Counted from the stretch's first letter, positions 15,319 through 23,276 are shown. The stretch: 32,000 nt of DNA from Candidatus Saccharimonadota bacterium (GCA_016432445.1 CP066689.1:360001-392000); one strand, 5' to 3'. The notes: generated by a model from the letters alone, not told the origin. Numbers and translations: made by a program.

Positions 15319-16527
15319 TTACTTTTGATTTCTGATTGGTTTGAAGATGAGGCTATCTAATTTCAGCCAGCGTTTTTTCTTCACAGCAGGTGGGACATCA
15401 TCTATTAGATTTTTAGTGGCGGCGGTTTGGGGACGGGGAGAATAGCGGGCAACATAGGCTTTTTCAAAACCGACTTTTTTGCAAAGTTTATAGGTATTCT
15501 CAAATTCTTCATCAGTTTCTCCGCAGAAGCCGACTATGATGTCGGTTGTGAATTTGACATTTGAAATTTGATCTTTGATCTTAGATATTAGATCAAGATA
15601 CTCTTTGGTGGTGTACCAGCGGTTCATGCGTTTTAAAACTTCATCATCTCCTGATTGGATAGGCAGGTGAATTGTTCTTGTGATGTTGGGGTATTTAGCA
15701 ATAACACCAATAAGTTCATCAGAAAAATCCCATGGGTTAGAAGACATAAAGTCAACTTTTTCAAAACCCATTTTGGCAACTTCTTCTAAAAGGTGAGGGA
15801 AAAGAGTGGGGATACGGTGTTTGCCAAGATGCTTAACATAGACAGGTTTAAAATCTTTAACTTCGCTCGATACCGCGTTTTTCACTCCGTGGGAGCCCTT
15901 CCCTTTTCGGTTAATCGGGTTCCCTCCCAAGTCGTTCAAAACGGGTATCTTCGCTCCGTTTAATAAGAGATCTGATCCGTAGGAGTTCACGTTTTGCCCC
16001 AGGAGGGTTACCATTCGGTAACCTCTTTTTTTTAGTTCAAGGCACTCGTTAATAATATCTTTGTATGGCCGGCTGACTTCTTTTCCCCGGGAAAAAGGCA
16101 CGACACAATAAGTGCAAAAGTTATTACAGCCATTGGAAATAACTACAAAACCTGTATTGGGGTCGGTTTGAACTGCTGGATTATCAAAGCCAACTTCTTC
16201 AATGGGCATAAATTCATCGACTTCCGGCATGCGTTCTTTTAGTTTCTGTAAATATTTTCCGGTGGTATCTCTTGCTGCTATCCCAACCATACAGCCGGTG
16301 ACAATTATTTTAAGAGACCGTTTTTTTTTAATTTTATTTAAGTTTATTACCATTCCATAGACCCGGTCTTCAGCTGACCGGCGGACCATGCAAGTATTAA
16401 TAATCACATAATCGGCCTCTTTAATTGATGAAGCTTTAGTCATCCCGCGGGCTTGAAAAGCATTTTCAATCCGGCCCGAGTCAGTTAAGTTTTGCTGACA
16501 CCCAAAGGTTTTGATGAAGTATTTCAT
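15319..16527 (-). CDS. miaB: MiaB-like radical-SAM methylthiotransferase, apparently lacking the C-terminal TRAM domain
   Basis: The N-terminal FIKTFGCQQN carries the UPF0004 Cys, and CNNFCTYCVVP is the CxxxCxxC radical-SAM motif. The protein ends about 20 aa after DDVPPAVKKKRW, where homologues continue into TRAM. An ATGA overlap joins it to the upstream GT4 gene. Confidence 0.8.
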   Translation of the reverse strand: MKYFIKTFGCQQNLTDSGRIENAFQARGMTKASSIKEADYVIINTCMVRRSAEDRVYGMVINLNKIKKKRSLKIIVTGCMVGIAARDTTGKYLQKLKERMPEVDEFMPIEEVGFDNPAVQTDPNTGFVVISNGCNNFCTYCVVPFSRGKEVSRPYKDIINECLELKKRGYRMVTLLGQNVNSYGSDLLLNGAKIPVLNDLGGNPINRKGKGSHGVKNAVSSEVKDFKPVYVKHLGKHRIPTLFPHLLEEVAKMGFEKVDFMSSNPWDFSDELIGVIAKYPNITRTIHLPIQSGDDEVLKRMNRWYTTKEYLDLISKIKDQISNVKFTTDIIVGFCGETDEEFENTYKLCKKVGFEKAYVARYSPRPQTAATKNLIDDVPPAVKKKRWLKLDSLIFKPIRNQK

Positions 16528-17600
16528 TCTACGTTGTTTGAGTATTTTACCACGTCTGTTTTTTTTATTTTTTCAAGTAGGAAAATGAAGATTAAAAGCA
16601 TAATGGCAATACTAATAAATCCAATTAATTTTTCGATTCCTTGTAAACGGAGGCTGACTAGTCCTAAGATAAAAGTAATTAAATAGTAAAAAACAGCAAT
16701 TCTTCTTTTTCCCCATCTTATCTCCAAAAGTTTATGGTGAAGGTGTCCCCAGTCAGCCCTAAAAGGCGACTGTTTTTTTATGATTCTTCGGACAATTGTG
16801 TAGAAGGCATCAATCATGGGAATAGCTAAAATAAAAACTGCAGTGCCGACTTTTCCGAAAGAAAGAATCGATAGAATTCCCAGCAAAAATCCAGCCAAAG
16901 CTCCACCGCCATAGCCTGGCATTATTTTTTGAGGATAAAAATTAAAAGGCAAAAAGCCTAAGAAAGAGCCGGCAATAATAAATGAAAAAAGAGTTACTGT
17001 TTGGATACTGATATCATGGCCGGTAAACCTTTGAGAAAGAAACCCTAAAAATATGGCGGCTATGCCAACAAATCCCGGCATCTGACCGTCAACGCCCTTG
17101 CTCCAGTTAATCATGTTCATAATAGCAGTCAGCCAGATAACAGCCACAATATCAGCCAATACTAAAACATTATGCTTACCTAAAATATCAAATGACAGTT
17201 GCCATTGGTCAAGGCGGATGGGATCGCCAAAGGGGTTAGAAATGTAGGGAATTCCCAGTCCGAAAGAAACAACTATTATAGAAATAATTAAATTACCGAC
17301 AAAACGGGAATAAGGTGAAAGATCCAGATAATCATCCAAAACTCCCATAAGGATAAGAAGAAAGCTGGCAAGAAGTATGCCGAACATTATTTTATTTAGA
17401 GGCAAAAAAATTAAGACAGTGATTAAGATAGCAATGAATATCGGTATGCCGCCTCCTCTTGGTATGATGCCTTTATGAGTGTGGGCGGGGTGCATTCTTT
17501 TTTCCTTATCTGTTACCAGATTGTATTTTTTGGCAAAGTAGATGGTTGGGATTGTTAAGATGAAAGATAAAACCAGCGCAACGATAAAAACGGTTAACAT
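16524..17600 (-). CDS. glycosyltransferase family 4, MraY/WecA-type polyprenyl-phosphate sugar-phosphate transferase
   Basis: It is a polytopic membrane protein with GVLDDYLDLSP and NMINWSKGVDGQ motifs. The track ORF starts at a GTG (17639); the first ATG (MLTVFIVAL...) is at 17600. Confidence 0.75.
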   Translation of the reverse strand: MLTVFIVALVLSFILTIPTIYFAKKYNLVTDKEKRMHPAHTHKGIIPRGGGIPIFIAILITVLIFLPLNKIMFGILLASFLLILMGVLDDYLDLSPYSRFVGNLIISIIVVSFGLGIPYISNPFGDPIRLDQWQLSFDILGKHNVLVLADIVAVIWLTAIMNMINWSKGVDGQMPGFVGIAAIFLGFLSQRFTGHDISIQTVTLFSFIIAGSFLGFLPFNFYPQKIMPGYGGGALAGFLLGILSILSFGKVGTAVFILAIPMIDAFYTIVRRIIKKQSPFRADWGHLHHKLLEIRWGKRRIAVFYYLITFILGLVSLRLQGIEKLIGFISIAIMLLIFIFLLEKIKKTDVVKYSNNVE

Positions 17601-17694
17601 AATATTATTTCGCTCAATATTTGTTTCTCGCCGCCTCACCCTGGAAGGGAACCCAGGCGATTGCTCGAAACAAACATTTTCGCTTCATTTTATT

Positions 17695-18000
17695 TTAAGA
17701 TATATAAAAAATTATCTTTAAAAATATTAATGTAAAAGCGACAGTTAAAGATGAGTTTAGTATGAAAACGACTTTTCTTAAGACATGATCTGGAAAAAAG
17801 AATTTATTATAAAGATAAATATTTAGAAAAAAGAAAAGGTGAAGGCTTAATGGCAGTATAAAAATAAACCAGTAATCAACCAGCTGTTCTTCTCCCCAGA
17901 TATTGGAATAAATAAGAGGAATTTGAGGAGGAAGGGAAGTGAATTTCAAAGCAAAAGCCCCCGCCATCAATACATCAGCTATGATAAGAGCAATGATCAT
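17695..18000 (-). CDS. small integral membrane protein (101 aa, about 3 TM helices)
   Basis: The ORF is hydrophobic, with an ATG start preceded by a -10 box. Confidence 0.55.
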   Translation of the reverse strand: MIIALIIADVLMAGAFALKFTSLPPQIPLIYSNIWGEEQLVDYWFIFILPLSLHLFFFLNIYLYNKFFFPDHVLRKVVFILNSSLTVAFTLIFLKIIFYIS

Positions 18001-18015
18001 TGATATATTATAGCA
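18001..18015 (-). promoter_or_regulatory. extended -10 promoter, leaderless configuration
   Basis: On the minus strand, TGcTATAAT (complement of 18007-18015) is followed by 6 nt and the ATG at 18000. Confidence 0.45.
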
Positions 18016-18061
18016 CTACATTTAAGCCATGAAAAAAAACACCCACTAACTTTTTAAGAAA

Positions 18062-18097
18062 CCCCGCAAAGCGGGGAGCCCCGACATCATTGTCGGG
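18062..18097 (-). terminator. GC-rich double hairpin; intrinsic terminator of the GC-rich two-gene module
   Basis: The minus strand reads CCCGAC-aatgat-GTCGGG, then CCCCGC-ttt-GCGGGG, followed by TTTCTT. Confidence 0.65.
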
Positions 18098-18125
18098 ACC
18101 GGGGTGTTTTTGGTGCTGCGGAAAT

Positions 18126-18590
18126 CTATTCGAAGAAGTCAGGGGCGGTGTCGTCGTCAATCTTGGCGATGAACTCCCGACAGAGACCCTGGATGGCTGA
18201 AAGAACCCACCAGCCAATGGTTTCATCCCAATGGTTTGCCAATCCAGAGCCGGCGACCACGAGGCCATGCTCAGTGACAGAACCGACGTATCGTGTGTCA
18301 CTCTTCTGGTAAAGCCAAGGTGCGTTGACTTGAACATCTCTAGTTGTTAGGCCAGTGCGAGTGGCAATGGTTCCTTTGGATCCGGCGATCTTGTCGTAGG
18401 GATATTCCCATCTTGGTCGATCGCCGTATACGTCGTCGGCGAGAATGTCATCGGTGCCAAGATCAAAAACAGCAATATAGAAATCCTTCCTGCCGCCAAC
18501 TAGTTCCGTGCCCAAAATAGCTTCAATTGATGGCCTGATCATGGCGAGGGCTTTCTGAGCGAGTTCCTTCGTTAGAATGTAGGTGACCAT
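18126..18590 (-). CDS. hypothetical protein, possibly GlcG/HbpS-like (DUF336-type) fold
   Basis: This 154-aa ORF is GC-rich, with a strong SD (GAAAGGAGAAGGA) upstream. IAGSKGTIATRTGLTTRDV and GSVTEHGLVVAGSGLANHWDE loosely resemble the GlcG motifs (..KA.TA.. and G.iGaiGvSG...D). The function is tentative. Confidence 0.65.
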   Translation of the reverse strand: MVTYILTKELAQKALAMIRPSIEAILGTELVGGRKDFYIAVFDLGTDDILADDVYGDRPRWEYPYDKIAGSKGTIATRTGLTTRDVQVNAPWLYQKSDTRYVGSVTEHGLVVAGSGLANHWDETIGWWVLSAIQGLCREFIAKIDDDTAPDFFE

Positions 18591-18636
18591 TTTTTCCTTC
18601 TCCTTTCAAATTGAGTAAGTTACTTTGCAGTGTGTG

Positions 18637-18924
18637 TTAGTTCAGCTCGACCACCCAGTGGGTGCCGTCGTTGGCGAGAACAAAGTTCCAGCCCGCCATT
18701 ACATATCGATCCTTCAGTTCAATGATCGTGTTGATGGCATTGGTATCGTAGGGTAGTTCTACGACAGCGTATCTTACGGTCTCTCCTCCTTTGTAGTTCG
18801 CGACCAAAGCCGCATCTATGCCAGCTTCGATTGCCGCTACCTGTTGTGAGTGTGCAAGCGTTCTTTGAAGATAACCCTCCTGATCCTCGAGTTCTTCCTG
18901 GAAATGAATTTTGAGTAGTGCCAT
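18637..18924 (-). CDS. hypothetical protein (95 aa), GC-rich, no recognised domain
   Basis: The ATG at 18924 is preceded by AAGGAGGA. The longer track ORF (to 19128) runs through the promoter and is unlikely to be real. Confidence 0.65.
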   Translation of the reverse strand: MALLKIHFQEELEDQEGYLQRTLAHSQQVAAIEAGIDAALVANYKGGETVRYAVVELPYDTNAINTIIELKDRYVMAGWNFVLANDGTHWVVELN

Positions 18925-18961
18925 TTGCTTTCCTCCTTTAGCTTTTAGCCATTTTATTTTT

Positions 18962-19017
18962 GAGCACACTGCTCTTTCTAGCAATAAATTTATTATAGCC
19001 AAAAAGAGCATGTGCTC
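18962..19017 (-). promoter_or_regulatory. putative promoter flanked by two GAGCA-N2/3-TGCTC palindromes (operator-like)
   Basis: The minus strand reads GAGCAcaTGCTC (complement of 19006-19017), tttttggc, TATAAT (complement of 18992-18997), aaatttattgctagaaa, GAGCAgtgTGCTC (complement of 18962-18974). Confidence 0.4.
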
Positions 19018-19139
19018 GAGTTTTCCGCAGTATGTTAAAGTGCTTGGAATGAAAAAAGGCACGCAAAAGCCTAAATCCATTCTTTTTGCAAGGCCAATTA
19101 TATCAAAAAAAGCAGATAAAAGCAACAACTATGGGATAT

Positions 19140-20471
19140 TTAATAGGAGGTTTTGAGGTGGAATTTTTTGCAGAGGGCCAAAACTTCCTTTTTTATATTG
19201 GGAATAATTTTAGACTGTGAGATAATTTCCTTTCTAACTTCTTTTTTCTTTTCCTCATCCATAGTATATTTTTTCTTCTCTTTTATTTTCATCAGTTCCT
19301 CAACGATTTGATTCATCCAAACGGCAATTTTTTTCATTTCGCGTTCTTTCATTCCTCTACTGGTTAAACCAGGAGTGCCCAGTCTTAATCCTGAAGGATA
19401 AAAAGGAGGATTAGGATCAAAAGGAACACTATTGCGGTTGGTTACAATGCCGGCTTTTTCATAAGCTTCCGCAACAGTATTACCCAGCAAATTTTTATTT
19501 CTTAAATCAATTAATATAAGGTGGGAATCAGTGCCGCCCGTTGAAAGATAAAAGCCATATTTTTTCAGTTCTTCTGACAAAACTTTAGCGTTGGCAATTA
19601 TTTGTTTAGCATATTTAACAAATTTTTTTGTTGAGTCTTCTTTTAAGGCAACTCCAATAGCAGCAATAGTATTCATGTGAGGTCCGCCTTGAATGCCTGG
19701 AATTATGGCTTTGTCTATTTTTTTTGCTAAGTCAGGATCTTTTTTTAAACCTATATCAGTAACCATAATCATTGCCCCTCTTGGAGCTCTGAGGGTTTTA
19801 TGAGTGGTGGTTGTTACAATATGGGCATAAGGTACTGGGCTGGGATAAACTCCGGCGGCAATAAGTCCGGCGACATGGGAAATATCAGCTAAAAGATAAG
19901 CTCCAACTTCATCGGCAATTTGGCTAAAACGTTTCCAGTCAAGTATTCTTGAATAAGCAGTAAACCCGGCAATAATAATTTTTGGTTTTTCTTTTTTGGC
20001 AAGTTTTTCAATGGCGTCATAATCAAGATAGCCGTTTTTGTCAGTTTCGTAAGGAACTGAACGGAAATATCTGCTGCTGGCATTAAGATCTGCTCCATGA
20101 GTTAAATGGCCGCCAAATTTTAATGAAAAACCCATAAGAGTATCTCCTGGGTTAAGTAAAGCCGTGTAGACTGCAAAGTTGGCTGGTGAACCGGAGTGAG
20201 GCTGTACATTTACGGCAGGAACTCCGAAAAGTTTTTTAGCTCGTTCAATTACCAAAGTTTCCACTTGATCAATAATTTCTTGACCCTGATAATAACGCCG
20301 TCCAGGATAGCCTTCAGCATATTTATTGCCCAAACATGAACCGGCGGCTTCCTCAACCGCTTTTGAAACAATATTTTCCGAAGGAATCATCATCAGAGTC
20401 TCTGCCTGTCTTTTTTGCTCAAGTTTTATGAGGCGTTCCATCTGCGGGTCAGCTTTGCCAAGATATTTCAT
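19140..20471 (-). CDS. glyA: serine hydroxymethyltransferase
   Basis: VTTTTHKTLRAPRG contains the PLP-lysine motif, and there is full-length similarity to SHMT. The track ORF start (TTG at 20507) lies inside the -35 box; the ATG at 20471 (MKYLGKADPQ...) is the likely start. Confidence 0.93.
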   Translation of the reverse strand: MKYLGKADPQMERLIKLEQKRQAETLMMIPSENIVSKAVEEAAGSCLGNKYAEGYPGRRYYQGQEIIDQVETLVIERAKKLFGVPAVNVQPHSGSPANFAVYTALLNPGDTLMGFSLKFGGHLTHGADLNASSRYFRSVPYETDKNGYLDYDAIEKLAKKEKPKIIIAGFTAYSRILDWKRFSQIADEVGAYLLADISHVAGLIAAGVYPSPVPYAHIVTTTTHKTLRAPRGAMIMVTDIGLKKDPDLAKKIDKAIIPGIQGGPHMNTIAAIGVALKEDSTKKFVKYAKQIIANAKVLSEELKKYGFYLSTGGTDSHLILIDLRNKNLLGNTVAEAYEKAGIVTNRNSVPFDPNPPFYPSGLRLGTPGLTSRGMKEREMKKIAVWMNQIVEELMKIKEKKKYTMDEEKKKEVRKEIISQSKIIPNIKKEVLALCKKFHLKTSY

Positions 20472-20478
20472 AAGGGTT

Positions 20479-20507
20479 ATATTAGTAATAGTTTTATTAA
20501 AAATCAA
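20479..20507 (-). promoter_or_regulatory. glyA promoter, leaderless configuration
   Basis: On the minus strand: TTGATT (complement of 20502-20507), a 17-nt spacer, TAATAT (complement of 20479-20484), then 7 nt to the ATG at 20471. Confidence 0.5.
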
Positions 20508-20519
20508 CAGTAAAATTAT

Positions 20520-20549
20520 TTGACACTTTTGACATACATGTGTTAAGAT
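20520..20549 (+). promoter_or_regulatory. promoter of the TA operon
   Basis: TTGACA (20520-20525), an 18-nt spacer, the extended -10 TGtTAAGAT (20541-20549), then 8 nt to the ATG at 20558. Confidence 0.45.
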
Positions 20550-20557
20550 TTATTTAT

Positions 20558-20845
20558 ATGACAAACTTTATTTCTCCCCGCGATTTGCAAAGAAGTTCAA
20601 AAAAAATTCTAGAGGAGGTTAATAAAACCAAAAAACCAGCGATTATCCTAAGCAAGAAAAAGCCGGTAGGGGTGATTATTACTTATAAATTTTTTGAAAA
20701 AATGACTAGTCAGTCTAGGCTCGAAAAAGTATTTGCGGAAGCGTTAAAAGAGTCTAAATCAGGCAAAACAAAGGTAATTGATACTCCAGAAAAACTCAAG
20801 AAAGATTTAGAAGAATTAGAAAAGTATATTAATGATAAAGATTGA
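20558..20845 (+). CDS. Phd/YefM-family type II antitoxin
   Basis: SPRDLQRSSKKILEEVNKTKKPAIILSKKKPVGVIITYKFFEKM fits the Phd/YefM N-terminal fold pattern. The track start at 20540 is a GTG inside the promoter; the ATG is at 20558. The gene overlaps the toxin gene by 14 nt. Confidence 0.7.
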   Translation: MTNFISPRDLQRSSKKILEEVNKTKKPAIILSKKKPVGVIITYKFFEKMTSQSRLEKVFAEALKESKSGKTKVIDTPEKLKKDLEELEKYINDKD

Positions 20846-21101
20846 GTACTCAACTCACTTTCAAGCAGAACGTAAAAAATTTGTCCGTAATAATCGTAAA
20901 AGATTCAATGATTATGCAAAAACGCTTCGTCTTTTTGTTAGTGATCCTTCTCACCCGAGTTTGAATATGGAGAAGTTAAAAGGTGGTAATATTTATACTT
21001 TAAGGTTAAACAAAGGAGACAGAATATTTTTTATTTGGAAAAATAAAACAACGGTCTTATTTACTGATATCGGAAAACACGACAAATACAAAGATTACTA
21101 A
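20832..21101 (+). CDS. RelE/YafQ-superfamily type II toxin (mRNA interferase-like)
   Basis: The 89-aa sequence ...SHPSLNMEKLKGGNIYTLRLNKGDRIFFIWKNKTTVLFTDIGKHDKY fits the pattern H..L...KL.G...Y..R....yRi.f......i.......H. Confidence 0.65.
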   Translation: MIKIEYSTHFQAERKKFVRNNRKRFNDYAKTLRLFVSDPSHPSLNMEKLKGGNIYTLRLNKGDRIFFIWKNKTTVLFTDIGKHDKYKDY

Positions 21102-21160
21102 CACGCTAATGAGATTTTTGAGATTTGACATTTATTCATTAATCTGAAAAAATAAATTAA

Positions 21161-21874
21161 ATGGATCCTCAAACTCAACCACAGATTAATCCTGAACCCA
21201 CCGTTTCTCCTCAACCATCATCTAAGTTACCTTTAATCATTGCCGGTTTGGTTTTAGTTTTGGTAGTTGGAGCAGGAAGTTATTATTTTGGTCAGAGGTC
21301 TGTTAAAGTCACAAAAGAAAATGTCTCTACTAATTCAACAGTTTCCCCGACAATAAAAAAAGGTTCATCAATTACTATCGAAAATACAGATGAAACCTCC
21401 AGCTGGAAAAAGTATAAAAGTTCAAAGTATGGATATTCCTTTAAATATCCTGAAAACTGGATATTATCAAAACCCGATGATGAAGTACAAAACTTTTATC
21501 TTAATCAGGCTTTTGCGGATCGTGGAGGTCCTGGAGGCATTTTCAGTGTGGTAAATTTAGAAAAAGAATTAATGGAATTGAATGTAAATTCTAAAGACCC
21601 AATAGGAACACGTAAAGAAACTGGAGATAAAATTTTTGTTACAAAAGTACAAAATATTAATTTAGATGGAAAATCTGGTTTCCGTTATAAACAGGAAGTT
21701 ATGTCTGGAAGTCAAACTGACGCGCAACCAGAAATAGGTGCATTTGTCAATTTGGAGAATAAAGCAATTAAAATTACACTACCGTTAGTAACTAATGTCA
21801 ATCCTTTAATTCTTGACCAAATCCTCTCAACCTTTAGGTTCGACGAGCTCACTACTAGCAAATTCGCTCAATAA
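21161..21874 (+). CDS. membrane-anchored extracytoplasmic protein of unknown function
   Basis: It has a Pro/Gln-rich N-terminus and one TM helix (LPLIIAGLVLVLVVGAGSYYF), followed by a soluble domain containing YGYSFKYPENW. Confidence 0.65.
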   Translation: MDPQTQPQINPEPTVSPQPSSKLPLIIAGLVLVLVVGAGSYYFGQRSVKVTKENVSTNSTVSPTIKKGSSITIENTDETSSWKKYKSSKYGYSFKYPENWILSKPDDEVQNFYLNQAFADRGGPGGIFSVVNLEKELMELNVNSKDPIGTRKETGDKIFVTKVQNINLDGKSGFRYKQEVMSGSQTDAQPEIGAFVNLENKAIKITLPLVTNVNPLILDQILSTFRFDELTTSKFAQ

Positions 21875-23199
21875 AGAGATTGGATGGTATAGGAGAGGTC
21901 GGGTTTTAAAATGAAGGCTTTTTTGGGATAAAGAGGCAGTTGATTAACAACTTTTTCCTTAGGTATTAAAGCTTTGCCGACATAGGGTGGAATTTCTTCA
22001 TAAGGTTTTTCAAAAATATAAACTCGGTTTTTATCAAAGTAATACTGGGCGGTGAAAAAATCCAGTTCACTGGTTACATAAACAACATCATTTTTTTGAG
22101 ACAAGGATTTTATTTCTTTAAAGGTTTTAGCGTAATCAGATTTAACCCTGTATTTTAATTCCATACTGTTATATACAAAACACATTAAAAGCAAAATAAA
22201 AATTAAGAGTAAGCGCGGTTTTATTTTTATTTGTTCAAGAGCAAGAATGATGAGAAGATATAAGCCAATATTAGTAAATATTAAGTATCTGGGCAGAAAC
22301 AGAGGTTTAAAAAAAGAAATGACAAATATTAAGAGTGAGGGTATAAAAGTCCAGTAAAAAAAGAGAATAAATAATGAATAAACATTTTCATATCTGTCGC
22401 TTTTAATTTTTTTATAACCTAACAGAAGTAAACCGATTAAAAACATGGAGATTAGTAATAAAAATGAGGTACTGGGAAACTTCGATGAAAGAAATCCAAA
22501 ATCTTTTTCATAGCCGGTAAAAATCTGTGAAGGTATTAATAAAATATCACCCAGTTTAGGAGTGGTAATCCAAAAAGATTCTGCAAGTATTTTTTTTTGA
22601 GTAAAGACGAATAAGACCCAAGGAAGAAAAAAGATAAGAGGAAAAAGCATTTGTTTCAAAAGATAACGAAAATGTATTTTGCCACGTTCCATAATAAAGG
22701 CATAAACAAACTGGGCGAGCACCGCCAGGATCATAAAATAGTGAGTATAGAGGCCAAGCGTAGTTATGACTTTATATAAAGTTATTTTTCTTTGATGAAA
22801 AGCATAAAAAGAGAGTGTTGCCAAAAAAGCAAACATAGTATACATTCTGGCTTCAAAAGCATAATATATTAAAAGAGGATTAAAAATAAAAAAAATTAGA
22901 TATATTACGCTTTTTCTTGTGTTAAGCTTCATGATTTCGTTAAGGAACAAATATACTGTGTAAAGAGTTGCCCAATAAAAAATAATTGAAAGACTTCTTA
23001 AAGCTATTTCTGAAGAACCAAATATTAGCATCCAAAATTTAAGGATAATATAATAAAGCGGAGGGTTAAAATCTTTAGCCGTTGCAATAAGTAGCTGAAA
23101 AATATTTTGCGAAGCCAAAATATAGGAAAAGGCTTCATCCCGCCAGAAGCTTTGGACTAAGAGTTTAAGATGTGTGTTCTGGAAAATGAAATTCATCAT
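21868..23199 (-). CDS. GT-C fold membrane glycosyltransferase (family 39 / ArnT-PMT-like)
   Basis: The protein is 443 aa with many TM helices and an N-terminal acidic loop motif, FWRDEAFSY. Confidence 0.55.
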   Translation of the reverse strand: MMNFIFQNTHLKLLVQSFWRDEAFSYILASQNIFQLLIATAKDFNPPLYYIILKFWMLIFGSSEIALRSLSIIFYWATLYTVYLFLNEIMKLNTRKSVIYLIFFIFNPLLIYYAFEARMYTMFAFLATLSFYAFHQRKITLYKVITTLGLYTHYFMILAVLAQFVYAFIMERGKIHFRYLLKQMLFPLIFFLPWVLFVFTQKKILAESFWITTPKLGDILLIPSQIFTGYEKDFGFLSSKFPSTSFLLLISMFLIGLLLLGYKKIKSDRYENVYSLFILFFYWTFIPSLLIFVISFFKPLFLPRYLIFTNIGLYLLIILALEQIKIKPRLLLIFILLLMCFVYNSMELKYRVKSDYAKTFKEIKSLSQKNDVVYVTSELDFFTAQYYFDKNRVYIFEKPYEEIPPYVGKALIPKEKVVNQLPLYPKKAFILKPDLSYTIQSLY

Positions 23200-23208
23200 T
23201 AGTTGACT

Positions 23209-23272
23209 AGTTCTGGGTTATGGGTTCTGAGTTATTAGTAAAAACCCACAACCCAAAACTCATAACTCATAA
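23209..23272. repeat. imperfect inverted repeat of GGGTT-type units (hairpin without cargo)
   Basis: The left arm is gttctgggttatgggttctgagttat and the right arm is acccacaacccaaaactcataactcataac. About 20 of 26 positions are complementary, and the mismatches are mostly G:T. Confidence 0.65.
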
Positions 23273-23276
23273 CGTA

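Noticed and set aside
15880-15990. Relatively GC-rich patch inside miaB encoding ...LNDLGGNPINRKGKGSHGVKNAVSSEV..., possibly another in-frame element insertion
   Set aside because: I found no convincing inverted ends and no homology to the other hairpin elements. It could simply be a lineage-specific loop. An alignment with orthologues is needed to settle it.
17627-17670. GC-rich patch upstream of the GT4 gene (CCTGG...CCAGG, GCGATTGCTCG), possibly a degenerate member of the hairpin family or a leader structure
   Set aside because: The stems are only about 5 bp with bulges, and the similarity to the other elements is limited to a GCAATC-like word. That is too weak to call.
18008-18337. 109-aa track ORF overlapping the 154-aa gene in another frame
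   Set aside because: It is a shadow ORF created by the GC-rich composition. It has no start context, whereas the overlapping 18126-18590 frame has a strong SD and a terminator.
18911-19156. 81-aa plus-strand ORF, and the N-terminal 68-aa extension of the 163-aa minus-strand ORF (18925-19128)
   Set aside because: Both run through the promoter and operator region of the island. The internal ATG at 18924 has a perfect SD, so the short 95-aa form is preferred.
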